Shown: in pieces, positions 26,128-38,900 of the stretch
Position numbering within the stretch: the first letter of the stretch is position 1
Layout: each line of letters opens with the position of its first letter
Source of the DNA: Neoechinorhynchus agilis
Taxonomy: Eukaryota; Animalia; Acanthocephala
Length of the DNA: 64,000 nt
Assembly (NCBI GenBank): GCA_051530055.1
Contig: CM121341.1
Span: 14,672,784 to 14,736,783, forward strand
Reading direction: 5' to 3'
Made by a program: the position numbers and the translations under genes
The notes under the pieces: generated by a model
What the model was told of the DNA's origin: nothing
The model's database searches: none
The model's input: only the letters and a program-made list of their open reading frames with translations

Positions 26128-27801
26128 TTAGGCGTCATAAGTGGTTGCAGTAATATTCCCACCCTCTCCAGTCCAGTTCGTATGCCTGAACACATCCGGC
26201 TCCGCAGTGAGTTCATATGTGTGAGCTCCAAAATAGTCTCTCATGGCTTGGATTAAGTTTGCTGGCAATTGGTCGGCCCTAAGTGCATCAAAGAACGCAA
26301 GACTGCTACTAAAACACGGCACTGGAATGCCTCTGAGAATAGCCGTCGAAATGACAAGTCTCCACGATTCCTGATATTTTTCAATTTCACCAGAGAAGTA
26401 AGGATCAATTAAGAGATTGGCAAGTTGAGGTTGTTTATCATAAGCTCGTTTGATGTCGTTAAGAAATCCACTTCGTATAATACATCCGGCTCTCCATATT
26501 TGAGCGATTGATCCAAAATCAAGATTCCAATTGTACGATTTGGATGCTTCGGACATCAGCATAAAACCCTGAGCGTATGAGACAATCTTGGAGATGTAGA
26601 GGGCACGGCGAACGTGTTCGACGAGAGCTCGTGGGTCATGGGATTCAGTGCTAAGAATGGACGGCACTGCAGGACCTTTGAGGTACTTGTGAGCCAGCGA
26701 GCGTTGCTCAGTGAGCCCGGACAAACACCTTGCTTGTACAGCCTCCGCGACAACTGTCAATGGAACAAAAAGATCTAGACTGGCATTGACGGTCCACTTG
26801 CCAGTTCCCTTCTATTCTATGCGAGAAAGGAGATGATTTAAGCAGAATAGCCACATACCTGTCCAGCACGGTCACGGATTTTCGGAAGTAGAGGTGTTCC
26901 ATCATCGTCGACGAATGCAAGAACATCCTTGGTAATTTCGATCAAATACGAATTCAATTCCGTTCGGTTATAGCAGTCGAAAATCTATAGTCAAAAAAAG
27001 ATTTAGTGCTTTGTGGACGTCGGATTTTCTTTTACACGTCACCTCAGCAAGTTCCTTCATTGGTAACTTTAATACAGTCTTGAGAATGTCGTAAGCTTCA
27101 CATATCAATTGCATATCCGCATACTCGATTCCATTATGGACCATCTTGACAAAATGACCAGCTCCTTGTATCCCAATCCAGGTACAACAAGGCAGACCGT
27201 CTTCAGGAGCTTTAGCAGAAATAGCCATCATTGGTTCTTTGATGATTTCCCACGCTTCGCGTGATCCACCCGGCATCATTGAAGGACCATACCGAGCGCC
27301 ATTCTCACCTCCCGAAACTCCCATTCCAACGAAATGAATATTCTTCTCAGCCAATGAAAGCGCTCGTCTGTTCGTGTCCAAATAAAGAGAATTTCCTCCG
27401 TCGATTATCACATCACTCGGTTCAAGCAATGGCACCAGTTTATCAATGAAAGCGTCTACTGCTGACCCTGCTTTCACCAAAAGGATAATCCTTCGTGGTT
27501 TCGATAAAGACGCAATAAAAGAAGGGAGATCGTAAGCTCCGAATATCTTTGAATGATCTTTTACTGTTTTAGTGACAAAAGTTTCAGTTTTCTCCAGGGT
27601 TCTATTATAGACGATGACTTTGAAGCCGTGGTCAGCCAAATTGAGTACGAGGTTTTGCCCCATCACAGCCAGACCGATCAGGCCTACATGGGCGGGAAAT
27701 CGTGGGTCGTTTCTACATGGTGTGATCTTTTAAATTCCGAAATTAAGGATAGACACTTACTTTACGGTCGACGGTTCAGCTGATATGAATGGCTCGTTCA
27801 T
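26128..27801 (-). CDS. PGD: 6-phosphogluconate dehydrogenase, decarboxylating
   Basis: VGLIGLAVMGQNL, YNRT, IIDGGNS, GVSGGENGARYGPSMMPGG, GHFVKMVHNGIEYADMQLICEAY, WRAGCIIRS, NLIQAMRDYFGAHTYE. Short first exon from ATG 27801. Confidence 0.97.
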
Positions 27802-29819
27802 TTCTACAAAAAGGGAAAGAGTAAGTAGCTAGCGCAAAAGCGGAGTAGAGAAGCGAAAGGAATGAGTCAAATGGCTGAGTGACGATACTCAAAGAAACTC
27901 ATCATTGGTGACGCATTGTTCTTTACAATTTTTAAGTCCAAGAACAAATTGACGAATTCAAACAATAACATAACTGGTCACAAACTCTAAAATTTTTTTT
28001 TTGGAGGCCTTAATCTATTTTTGCTTCAATTTTAATTTTTCACCTTAAATGTCATCTAGTAAATCTATTTGAAACAAATGACGATTCCTAAATAGCCACG
28101 TTACTTTCCATGAGCTACATAGTGACGGGTTGTCTCAGAAAAATATTTTCGTGACGGTATAGCCTTTTAGGTATGAAAGAATCTAAAAAAAGGGTAACGT
28201 TCAAGTTCGAATTTAACACTTTAATAACCTTGATAAAAGCATGCAAACTTGCGGTTTCGAAATATCGGATTTAATAAATTCTTTTAATTTTTACGCCATA
28301 CGCAAACATGAAAAATTATAGTTTCAGACACATAGTCTCGAGTTAAACATCGCGGAACAGTTGCAGCGATGCCTTTTCGTATGGCTAAGCTCATGGTTTA
28401 ACTTTTTTTTCGGTTGGCAATTTTACGGGCAGAATTACCACGATCAATTCTTCGTATTTAGCCGATCGTCGTTTCTCAGCTTTCCACAATAGGCATTTTC
28501 CCTCGTTTCAGGGGAGGAAAGTGATCCCGCCGGGACGTTTGTCTTCTGAGCGACACAGTTGACTCGGTTCGAGAATTTTGGGGCGTATACCCAAGTCAGG
28601 ACTCTCCTGATGATGACGTTTAAAAAGAAAAAAGAAAAAAATATCGTGCTAAATTAACTTCGTTAGAATCGTTTTTTGTGATCTATACTAAAAACGAGTT
28701 ATAATTTGTAAAAATTACTTTTTAAAGGCCTTAAGAGTATTCAACAACTAATATCACAAACGTTTCGCCGCCTATTGAGACAAAGACCTCAAAAAATATT
28801 AAATCAATTTGAAGAGCAAATCTATGGGTAGAATATTGCCACTAAGGCTTCAGTAACAAGGAACGAGTCTTTTTAAAATCTAGAAACGAGTAATATTCAT
28901 TTTTAATTCAAATGTATATTTTTTAAAATATATTCGGTAAACCGTTTGGTTTACTCATTTTGAAATATGTCGAAAAAGGATTTAAATAAGAATCTTCATT
29001 GGTCTTCTGATTTTGCGTTCACTCTCTGCTTCATTGAAATTTTCGTCTCATAAGGAAGAGTAAGATATAATCGAAAATTTTCCGAGAGCCATCTTGAAAA
29101 ATGGATTAATCTTTTTTATAAAACAAAACTTTATCGATTTTTACTCTTTACAGAGTGACGAATTCAACCTTAGTAACTTTGTCATTTTTCACTGCATAGC
29201 AATCTTGCAGCAATTCGCATTCAACGCCAATTCTCACGCACAAACTCACTGTTTGATCGCAGGCAGCGTTCTTTTTACAAAAGGGTAGAATTTCATATCA
29301 AATTTCAAAGTGGTACAACGGAACGATGAGATAGAAACCGTTTCAGAGCTGCGAGTTCGTCTTGTACTTACTACAGAAATTTCGCTTGAAGATCTTAATT
29401 ATGTTTGGATCTCAATTGATGTAAGGAATCTGCGTGAAAACATCTCAATGGCTAAACCCCGTGGCTGAAAATCTTTGTCAAGCACAAAAAATAATGATAT
29501 TTTGTTTAAGGAGTAAGACTTTCCTCAGAAGATAAACATGGCTGTCCAGTGAAGGAACGCGGTCATGGGCACAACCCCTACCGGCGGCGAGAAATCAAAT
29601 GTATTTGTAGGCATTTGAGTTTATTGTTGAGGATCAAAGAAAATTTTATGAGCTTCTAAATATACGAATCTCGTAATCATCAAAAGAAAATTCTTCATTA
29701 TGATACAGTTAAAGTTGTGGTGATCATAATCTCCTTTCGAATAAAACGTATTTCATTGAATTGGAGTCATGTAATACAAAACAAATAAAAAACCTTTTTA
29801 GATTACTCATCTTTCGAAA

Positions 29820-30150
29820 TATAATAATAAAACGTTCAATTTCTTTGTTAGATTACAAGAGTTGGATCCATGTACCTTTGGGTCCTCTTTGTGACATTGC
29901 TTTTGATTCAGATCGGGTAATCGTTATTTAAGCGATAAACAATATTGGATTGAAAATGCGCATTTGGTGAGGTCGGGGAAGTCCGTTGAAGTGGGAATAT
30001 CCGGTATTGAGGGATGTCTGTTCTGGTGCAGGGGTTGTTAGGTTGGTCTTCCCTCAGGTCAATAAAATAATTTTTAACTCGGAGGGAGGAATATGACTAA
30101 CGCAAATCAGAATCTCGTAATATTGTGCTGCCCCATTTGGTTCTAATAAA
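29820..30150 (-). mobile_element. Probable 3' remnant of a LINE-like element
   Basis: GC-richer minus-strand segment with a WGST...FQSNIVYRLNN-like remnant frame, ending in the tail shared with 2341-2402. Confidence 0.35.
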
Positions 30151-30748
30151 AAAAATGACGACGCAAAAGTTCTGATATAAATATTGCTTGTTTCTGATAG
30201 TCTTAAACTACGTTAAAAAGCGTTTAAATTTTGATAATCCCGCGTCCGTTTTTATTGCTAAAATTGAAACACTCTAAAATGCACAATTTGGCTGCTCTTA
30301 AATATAGATTCCGCTAATCTAAGAATCCTTTATTCGATCATTTAATCGAAAAATCAAAACAAGCAAATTGAACTTTCAAGAATATCAATATCGTCCTTTG
30401 ACGATTGTAATGTAGACAGTCTTTTTGAAATGAAATCATACTCAAATATCTAAGAAGTCACAAGAATGCATAGCTGTTGTTTTAAGTCTCATACCTTAAA
30501 TATCTAGCAGCCGAAATCTAATATTTATTAGTCCCCTAGATATTGTTTTTAACATTCTGAAAGTGTGTGAAAATTGCAAAGTAAAATTCTTTTAAGAATA
30601 GATAAGGCATAAGAAAATAATGGGTTCAAAGACCGAAGCCAATTAAATGAAAATTTTAAAAGAAAAGATAGTTGCAGATTAAAAAACTTGCCTAAAAACG
30701 TTTAGTAAAAATGCGACTAAAATTAATAATTCTCACAATTATAACCAC

Positions 30749-31145
30749 GCCACGTGTGTGGACACCCTCGCAGCCAGCAACATCCCTTACTCCCTCGAAA
30801 TCGCTGGAGGTGCAGCCAGTGCAGCGGAAGGGAGGAAGTTACGAAAATATAGGGATTTAGCAAGGGCCCACAATTTTGTCCCCTTCGGAGTAGAGACGTA
30901 TGGAGCGCTCGGCAGCTTGGCACTCTCTCTGCTCCAGGATCTCTCGAAGAAATTGAGAGAGGCAACCGGAGACTCAAGAGCAGGCGTATTCCTTCGACAA
31001 AATATCTTGCTGGCAGTACAAAGAGGCAATGCTGCCAGCGTGATGGCGACGGTCGAGGAAGGACAAAAGCTGGAATTTGGCGGGAGGTGTTGAGTGTGTT
31101 TCAATGTTAAAAATATATATCTATAAAAATAAAAAATAAAAAAAT
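30749..31145 (+). mobile_element. 5'-truncated CRE-clade non-LTR retrotransposon (restriction-like endonuclease C-terminus)
   Basis: ATCVDTLAAS...AGGAASAAEGRKLRKY...FVPFGVETYG...TGDSRAGVFLRQNILLAVQRGNAASV. A-rich tail; 10-bp TSD TTATAACCAC at 30739-30748 and 31146-31155. Confidence 0.85.
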
Positions 31146-31984
31146 TTATAACCACAATCTTTGTTTCTTTGACTTATTTTAACTTTTTTTGAAGATGAGT
31201 ATTGTTACCACAAAGATGATATAAAATCATATTTACACTGAAGGTTTCACCAAATTTTTATCGAAGACTAAAAAATGGTAAAAAAATTGCTTGCCCTGAT
31301 TCTAGATTGAAATCTAAAAAGAAAATTTAGAAAATATTCGTTCGTTTTTAGAGTTAACGACTGGAAATTGATAATTGCTTTATTTTCAAAAGCAAATCCG
31401 TAAACATTAAACGCGTGGCCTTTGTGTTGACGGCAATATTTTAATTATGAATGGACATAGCCAATGGTTGCCGCTATTCAGACAACCAAAGAAGGAGACG
31501 CCTCTACTCTGCCTATGGTCGATACATTATCTGTCACCTACACATTATGTACACCACCACAAGCGCAGTCCTAGAAGTGCAACTGCACTTAAGGAAGAGG
31601 ACGAGAAGCGGTCGTTGAAGTGCGCGATCTGTCGCAGATCTACTGCACCTCCTCCTTCTCCTTGGAATTGCAACTTCTGTTAGCTCACAACCTGGACTTT
31701 TTTATCCCTTTATATTGATTGGTAAGTCTCACATCCGCTTCGATTTTTAATGGCGTTTATGGGTGACTTTACGAGAGAAGCGATATTTAATCCTTTTTCG
31801 TGGAATCATACAAAGTCTAGTAATTAGTAATCTTCTTTTAATAGATTCGCAAAAAATGAACGTCAGTACTCCATCGAATATTCTTGTTCATCTTGACTTT
31901 TAATTTCTACAACAAAACCTAAAAACAAGAGCTTATTTGAAGTTATTTGTGGTTTAATTATAAATGCTATTTAATTAGACTCTA

Positions 31985-32360
31985 GTATTACATCTTTAAG
32001 TACCTTTTCGGTTGTCTATATTTTAGCAAATTACGCGGTTGAAACGAATTCATTTTCGACCAATATTTTAGAGTTTTACTCCTTCAGTCCTCTAAAACAA
32101 ACAATCTACAACGGTAGTTTGAGCAAGTAAATTAGGAAGCGACCCATTTCAATTTTCGCTCGCAGAATTACTGCTCATCTCGCAAGAGGTGAAACGTTTG
32201 ACTGATGGTCGTAGTGTTGAGTTATGGATCTTAACCAAGGGGACTAGTTAGCCTCCTGATTAATCTTTTTCTAGCCACCTTTCTAGGTTGCTTTTGGAGG
32301 ACTGAAAAATTGGTAAAGCTCCGAAATATTGGTCAAGAATATATTTTGTTTCGACCACGT
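31985..32360. mobile_element. MITE-like repeat family X, copy 2
   Basis: Inverted termini around 32058 and 32334, extending outward (CGCGGTTGAAAC / GTTTCGACCACG); aligns with 21130-21570. Confidence 0.7.
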
Positions 32361-32609
32361 GAATCGCTTAAATAATGAGAATTTGAATGAAAACATTAGC
32401 TTGGGAAATCAGTCGACAATCTACCTACCGATCTCCGAGTACCTGTTAATAAGGTAAAAGCGTGACACTTTCTGGGAAAGTTTAAGTTGCAATTTAATCC
32501 GTATTTTAAAATACTTATGATTTTCGTGATTTTAATTTCTGAATACCTAGAAACTTCCATGGTTACCTATTCAGAGGACACATAAATTCATCAATAAATG
32601 GTATACCAT

Positions 32610-34133
32610 GTCTTTCTCTCGTTTGGAGCATAAGTGGAGAGATCAGTATTCTTCATAAGAACTGCGATACATTCCTCAACTCCTTTTTGTGATCCAATCT
32701 TTGAAGACATTGACGAGCAGGGCCCTATAGAGTGACAGAGTTGTTCCTTAGGGCACGAAAATTCTTCTTTTGTGATCTTTTGGCACGTTTTGTGGCAGGA
32801 GTTCTAAGCGTTACGAGTCTGAATGGATTCTGAAGACTTGCTGTTGTAAGTGCGCTCGACAGTTCTGTGGACGAGCTTAAAAAGATGTAATACATGCAAC
32901 TTTTTTCGCTTGATTTGTTGAAAGCAAAAACATTAGGGCAGTTATATTGTGATTCAGAAAGCTTTTATATCACCTATTTATCTCTGTATTTTTCAGGTCA
33001 ACTTCTACTGCAGAAGGATTTATAATTTTGTGTTTTTGTTGCCTAAGGTTCCCTCCGATATTATTTCCGGAAAGCGCGAGCGATTAGCGAAAAAATAAGA
33101 ACCAATTTTTACTGCTGAACGCTTGTAGTACCTTTTGCAGTACGAAATTTTTGTCTTAGTGCGTTTTTGGGCCTCTCTTTCCGTTAGCTAGCAAATTTTC
33201 ACAAGGATGGAAAATTGATTGAAATAATTTTTTTAATATGTTGCGTTTTTGGCGACAAAGATAACTTAGAATCTTCGTTTGCTAAAAAACCGAATTAATA
33301 AAATTTGAGCATTATATTGAGTCCTGTCAAAAAAAATATTTTAAGAGTTGTCGAATCAAGTCCGGATGTTATAAGTATTTTTCGCCTTTTTGAGATGAAA
33401 CGAAAAATAGAACGGAGCTAAAGAAAATGTAGTCTACTTCTAAAAGATTAATGGCGCTGTTGACCCTCTAAACCGATTAACAGAACTTTGAATCAAACCA
33501 TAAATCAAAATGCTATATACGTCGACCTCTAATGGTGTTTAACACTTGCTACTAAAACGACAAGCCATTACCGCGTTTCTCTACGTTGAAAAAAATGTAT
33601 CTCTGGGCGCGATTTCAAGTCGAAATTCAATATGAAATTCTATTACGCTGGTAGTCTATGGCTAAGTCAATGCCGGCGAAGGATACTTTAAAGAATTTAT
33701 GGCTTTCTATAGGACGCATTGCGAGTGATTCATTTTTCTTTGTGCCAAGCCTTTGTCAACATTTGTGCGAAGCGTGACAACGTTCACAGTCACTTCGATG
33801 TTTGCCTTCTGATTGAAATCATCCCAGTTGTTTTGCCTAGACCTTTTTTCTAAAGTCCAACCGTCACTTTGGCTGAAGATATGGTATGTCTTTATTGTCA
33901 CGTAAGTTAGACAGGTCTAGATCATAACTGCTGGCATAAACCTGAGACTCAGACAACCACTACAATGATGTAATTAGATTGGCAGATCTTTGTGAATATG
34001 GGTACTCCTGGTGATTACGGTCAAAGTTGTCTCGTTTCAAATGGGTGATTAATTAACGTCGAACGAGAATCTCCTTTTCATGTAGGTCCAATTTTGAAAT
34101 GTAGCGGTCCAGTCTGCTCATGAGATAGTTCAT
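32610..34133 (-). CDS. Possible unidentified multi-exon gene
   Basis: Exon-like frames MNYLMSRLDRYISKLDLHEKEILVR / NFDRNHQEYPYSQRS / SYDLDLSNLRDNKDIPYLQP / GPCSSMSSKIGSQKGVEECIAVLMKNTDLSTY, separated by candidate 27-33 nt introns. The model is not secure. Confidence 0.3.
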
Positions 34134-34902
34134 TTTTAGGCAAAAAGAAATAACTAAGTAGGTGTCTTATTCAAACATCTCCTATGTAACCAGTTGTGAC
34201 TTAGTGCCAGGCATTATCTGATGTCGGTCTAGCGAATAATCGACTTTTGATTCCGCGCAATGGGCTCCACAAAATATTACCTTTTTCATTTAAATCTAAA
34301 AAATAGATGGTTCTTTCTATGAAATGTCAATTTTATTTTGAAAGCACTAATCCCAATTACAACTAAGCACTTCATATCGAGTTCTTCGTAATATTCTTAC
34401 ACCAAGGCTAAATTTTTAGGGATTACGCCCAGCATTAGAAAATACGAAATTTATCTCCTCAAAAGTATTTTGTATAAGAGAAATATCACCTATTGCTTGT
34501 AACGAAATTTATTCCTTACGTCGATTCAAATGAATTTATTAGAAAGCTCCGTAGATTAAATTTTCAATTTGAATTTTTGCGTCAAATTAAGACTTGGGAA
34601 ATCCACAGCAATCGTTTTGGCAAAATTATTTTATTGATTTTCCTTTTTTGGACTTTTTTCGCTTTTCGCTTGTCGATAAATCGATTGAGACACCATTTGA
34701 CATGAGATAACAAAAGGAAACAATTATTTGATTGAAATCTAAACACCATTACGTTTGTTTATTGATAATGCTCAATATTTCGCTTCGACAAGATATTTTT
34801 CCGATCAATAGTTTATTTTAAACCTATTAAAGGAAAAATCGAAAGACTAGTTTACTCATTTTTAAATCCACAGACAAGCTTCCGATTTATTGCCTGGATG
34901 AC

Positions 34903-35784
34903 TTAAGCGATTTTGGCTCTAGCAGCGGCTCTTTTCCCGACTACAGCCTGGAATCCGGTTTTTATGCTGGCGACTGAACACCTCGCTCCACACATGTCAC
35001 ATTGTAAGAAAAACAATCGATCTTCTTTTTGTAATTGTGTTTGTGGCGACTTGCAAGTATGACAAGTAACGTATTCTCCTAATAATTTATGATGAACGAA
35101 TTTCACAGAACCGATTTTTCACTTATATAGTTGATAAGGACGTTCTCGATATGTTTAGATTGGAATTTTCCTTTGATGATGAGTGCTTTATTGGCGTCCA
35201 AAGATCCACTTCAAAAACAAAATGATTTTTCGTAAAAGTGGTGGTAGTCAGTGCTGGACGAACCTCGTTCCCAGTTCCGCCAGAATGTATTGCTGTAGAT
35301 GCCGTTCGGGTCTATGAAGCCTAAAGTTTCGTAGAAACTAGTAGCAATGCTGCATTCGCTTGTGTATGGGGAAGAGAAAGCGTCATGGCACCACCCGCCA
35401 TCACCACCACCACCACCACCGCCGCCTATACGCACAGTTTGCATATTTCGGCGAAATTGGTAAAAGAAGTCTTTTTGGTTCCGACTCGAGCGACTTGCGG
35501 TGGACGAATCACAAGCCTCTGTTGCTTTCCTTCTCCCAGATTCGGGTTACATTCTCTCATTATTGTATAGACTCGGTCAAGGAGTTCATCATAACTGTAT
35601 TCCTGACCAGCCAAATCTTGCCGAGCATCTTCACCAACTAAAAGCACCTCTTCGTTTGTCTATGTGAAAGAAATTTAGTACGAAAGAGAGGAAGATTTGC
35701 ACATACCTTAAGCTTCGGATTTTTCTTCTTTTTCCCCGCAAACATTTTCTTAAACTGGTCCTGTTGCTCCGTCGTCGATGACAT
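34903..35784 (-). CDS. EIF2S2: Translation initiation factor eIF2 beta, N-terminally shortened (~206 aa)
   Basis: Five exons (35784-35707, 35659-35436, 35320-35264, 35208-35123, 35078-34903; 621 nt, all GT-AG): [53 protein letters not shown]...CDMCGAR zinc finger. Confidence 0.95.
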
Positions 35785-35968
35785 CTATGGACTTTTCTGA
35801 TGCTGTTTTAGAGACGCACACACCAGCGCTGCTCCATCACCACCACAACGAACACAAAAGCGCAACAAGTGTGCGTGAGAGCGGCGGCGTCGTGTGCGCT
35901 TGTGTACGACGACGGCCTTAAAGCAAGAACGAATAGACGCAAAAAAACCCAGGGAAACTCAATCAATA

Positions 35969-38900
35969 ATGGACGACAACAAACGGAAACATAGTCGTCT
36001 AAGTCTCGAACAATGTTTCACAAATGTGTTTGGAGTGAGTTCAATCGAAAACATCAATTGGAGGTGTTTTGTAGCTGAAGATCAATCGTCTTCATACGAT
36101 GCCACCGGGAACAACACTCAACAAAACGACCTCATTCTAGACGCTTTCGCGTCTTGTCTTGAAAATAATGTATTGTCCGCATGGAAACGATCGTCCACTA
36201 CAAGTAAAGAACTGTGGGTCTTTTGGTTTGATAATGATGAACAACACATACAAGTACGAATCGATCCGAGCTTTAAAGTCAAATATGAAGGCAAATGGGC
36301 TGCGTCCAAAACTCTGCACAAAAGAGATATGGTAAACGCAACTACTACCACTAAACAGTCATTCCCAACGGGAACTTTTTCAATAAGTTGGGAATCGCTG
36401 TATTAATCCGTTTAAAACCCCACCAGAAAATGATTTCTCTTACGCCTGCCGAATTCAGCTCTTTAAGGCTTTTCATAATGCATTCGAACGTTCACTGTTA
36501 TTGAGTGGATTTGTTCGAATCGGACGATGGTTTGTTCAACCTGAGACCAAGTCTAACTTCAACAAACAAGCCTTTTCTTTCAACTTTTTCATCCATGGAG
36601 AATGCTGGCTTTGTTGCACCCTAGATGTTCGCAGTCGGATCCCAGTGCGCCGAGTTTCCTCCTATGGCGAAGTAATGCGACTAGCTCAGTCTGAAAACAG
36701 TGTTATTCTGTCACCTTATGGACTTGAAGCTGTAATCTCAAAAACACAACCAATTATGGTAGATAAAACATTTGAAGCTATCCGAGGTCGCACAATCCTC
36801 ACAGAGTTCGCCCGTTTCTATCCCCTCGATAAAATCCATCTTGATGAACTTGTACAAGTTGAGATTCCGGCAGATACCAGGAGGTGCACAATGCTTTATC
36901 CACGACAATATATCCTGTACGTACAAGATTCTAAACCAAAGATTTTCGCAAACTACTTTAAACTTCCCGATGATTTTTGTGAAATGCAGATGAACCGATT
37001 GTACACAAAAAGGACTTTGTCTCGTGGGGCAGCATCAGCTTCATGCGATCTCGTAAATCCACCACTAAGTGAATCATGCGGCACGATCACTCCTGCCACC
37101 ACGATTGAACAGACTGGTTCAATTATGAGACAAGAAATTGATGATAGGAAAAGGCGAGCTGAAGTCAGTCCTGAGATCTCGAATGAAGCAATGGAATGTG
37201 ACATTTCTGATGAATGTGTTTCAGTTGATGGAAAACGGCGGAGAGTAGAAGAAATTGTAAATGTACTTCATAATGAACCAACGATTAATCCGTATAATTT
37301 CGAAATTGATCCGTTCGCAAAGCCAGGGGTACCTCCAGAACAAACAACTTCAACGCTCTCACAACCGCCAACCTTAATGACAGTGCATTTTCAACCTCCT
37401 CCTTCGGTAAAACCACCAACAAACATATACAGTCGAATGATTGCATCGCTGGAAGCGGTTATATTAACACCGCCGGATAGTACTAAACAACCTTTTCACC
37501 ATCACCTCCAACGTGCCAGCGTAATGAACACTCTCTCACCCCAAGTACTTGCGGCCCGCGCTTTATCGCCAGAAACTAAAAAGACAACAGTGGTTCCGAA
37601 CGCAGTGGATAAATCGATTAAATCAACAAAAGTGATTGATTCGCCGCCGTTGTGCTCGACGTTGATTTCGTACAATCCGGAGAAAGGACGAATAATAGTA
37701 GCAAGTCTTAAGAAACCAAGTCGTCGAATAAAAACACAACGGAGACTAGTGGAATCCGTGGACCCACAGCCAAAACCTTTTGAACCAAATGCAGAGAAAA
37801 GCACTACTGTCGGTTTGAATAGTGTTGCGCTCAACATTCGATTGAGCGATTCAATCGTTAATCTTTGGAGAGATGTCAACTACGACACGTGTACCTCTTG
37901 CGCTTGCGGACGAAAGGAATCCACCGAATCTCAAGAAAGCCAGCTTTATTTGGGTCACCAAAGCAACACGAAATGGGCTTGTTCATGTGGATTCAGCGCA
38001 GTAGTACATCAGATTCGCATAAATGAATACTCAAACGGTCTATTTGAACGCGATCTCTCCGGACCGATTCCAAAAGTGGACATGGAACGACTTGAAGTCA
38101 TCCGTCAACAGCATTCCACACCTTTTGTCCTACATGAGTATGAAAAGAGTTCAGTTCAATTCTACAGTCCTACAAATAAAGTGATCGACAAAGCATGCGT
38201 ACAAACGGTCCTATCTCCAATCTACAGGGATTCTGATTGCTCCCAGAGTCCATTCCACTGGTGGACTAATACGAGGAAAACTGGTCCGTACACTCACGCT
38301 GAGGGAAATAAAGAAAAACGAATTGTTCAAATGGCATTTCACGTTGTTCGACTGCTTAAAGAATGCCTGGCGATAAAGCGGAATGTAAAGATGGTAGACA
38401 ACTGCTTCGTTGGGCCATTAACATGGACCCAATTTCATCACCTCATGAATACGAAACAACAAGACCGTCTCCAAAAAACCCAGACAGACGCAAACGATAA
38501 ACTTACGCAACAAAGCCCAACCCATCTACCAATTCCTCATCTACAATTCGGAGACTCAATCTGTGCTCCCGCGAAACAGCCAGGGTTTCGGAGCTATTTA
38601 AGCGCCTCACCGTTCATCCTTAAAGTTTGGGAAACCCTCGATCTCGAGCCTTACGGAGGAAGGCGCAACGTCGGTTACGTTGTAAGCAGCAAGCATTCTC
38701 GTAAACACGTCTACCACACTAGGGAATTCGGCTGTGAAGGAAAGAGACGGGGAAGCATGGGCCCTTTTGTGGTTGTTATTCTTGTCGTTTGAGAAAGAAA
38801 TAAAAGACACGCAACTTCCTTAGGAATTGAGACAATTCGTCATGCGCCCTTAGGCGAACCTGGATGCCGTGTCGGTTTCTATAAAGTTCCCCATTTTGAA

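Noticed and set aside
28480-28615. Identification as U3, U1/U2/U5 or RNase P/MRP (AGGGGAGGAAAGT, CTGAGCG, TGATGA, GGGGC motifs)
   Set aside because: Required partners are missing or spacing is far too short (no U3 box A/D, no P4 partner strand, no U1/U2 5' ends). Kept only as an unexplained candidate.
32186-32210. GAAACGTT...CTGATGG read as a permuted hammerhead in family X; also lone CTGATGA/CTGAAGA at 21033, 28608, 15216
   Set aside because: Core is CTGATGG or lacks a stem II plus GAAA, and there is no room for stem I.
36290-36430. Possible non-canonical splice in MED13 between GKW and ENDFSY
   Set aside because: A canonical 39-nt GT-AG solution (ATA A|gttggg...ccag|AA AAT) and a GC-AG solution both exist; undecidable without RNA data.
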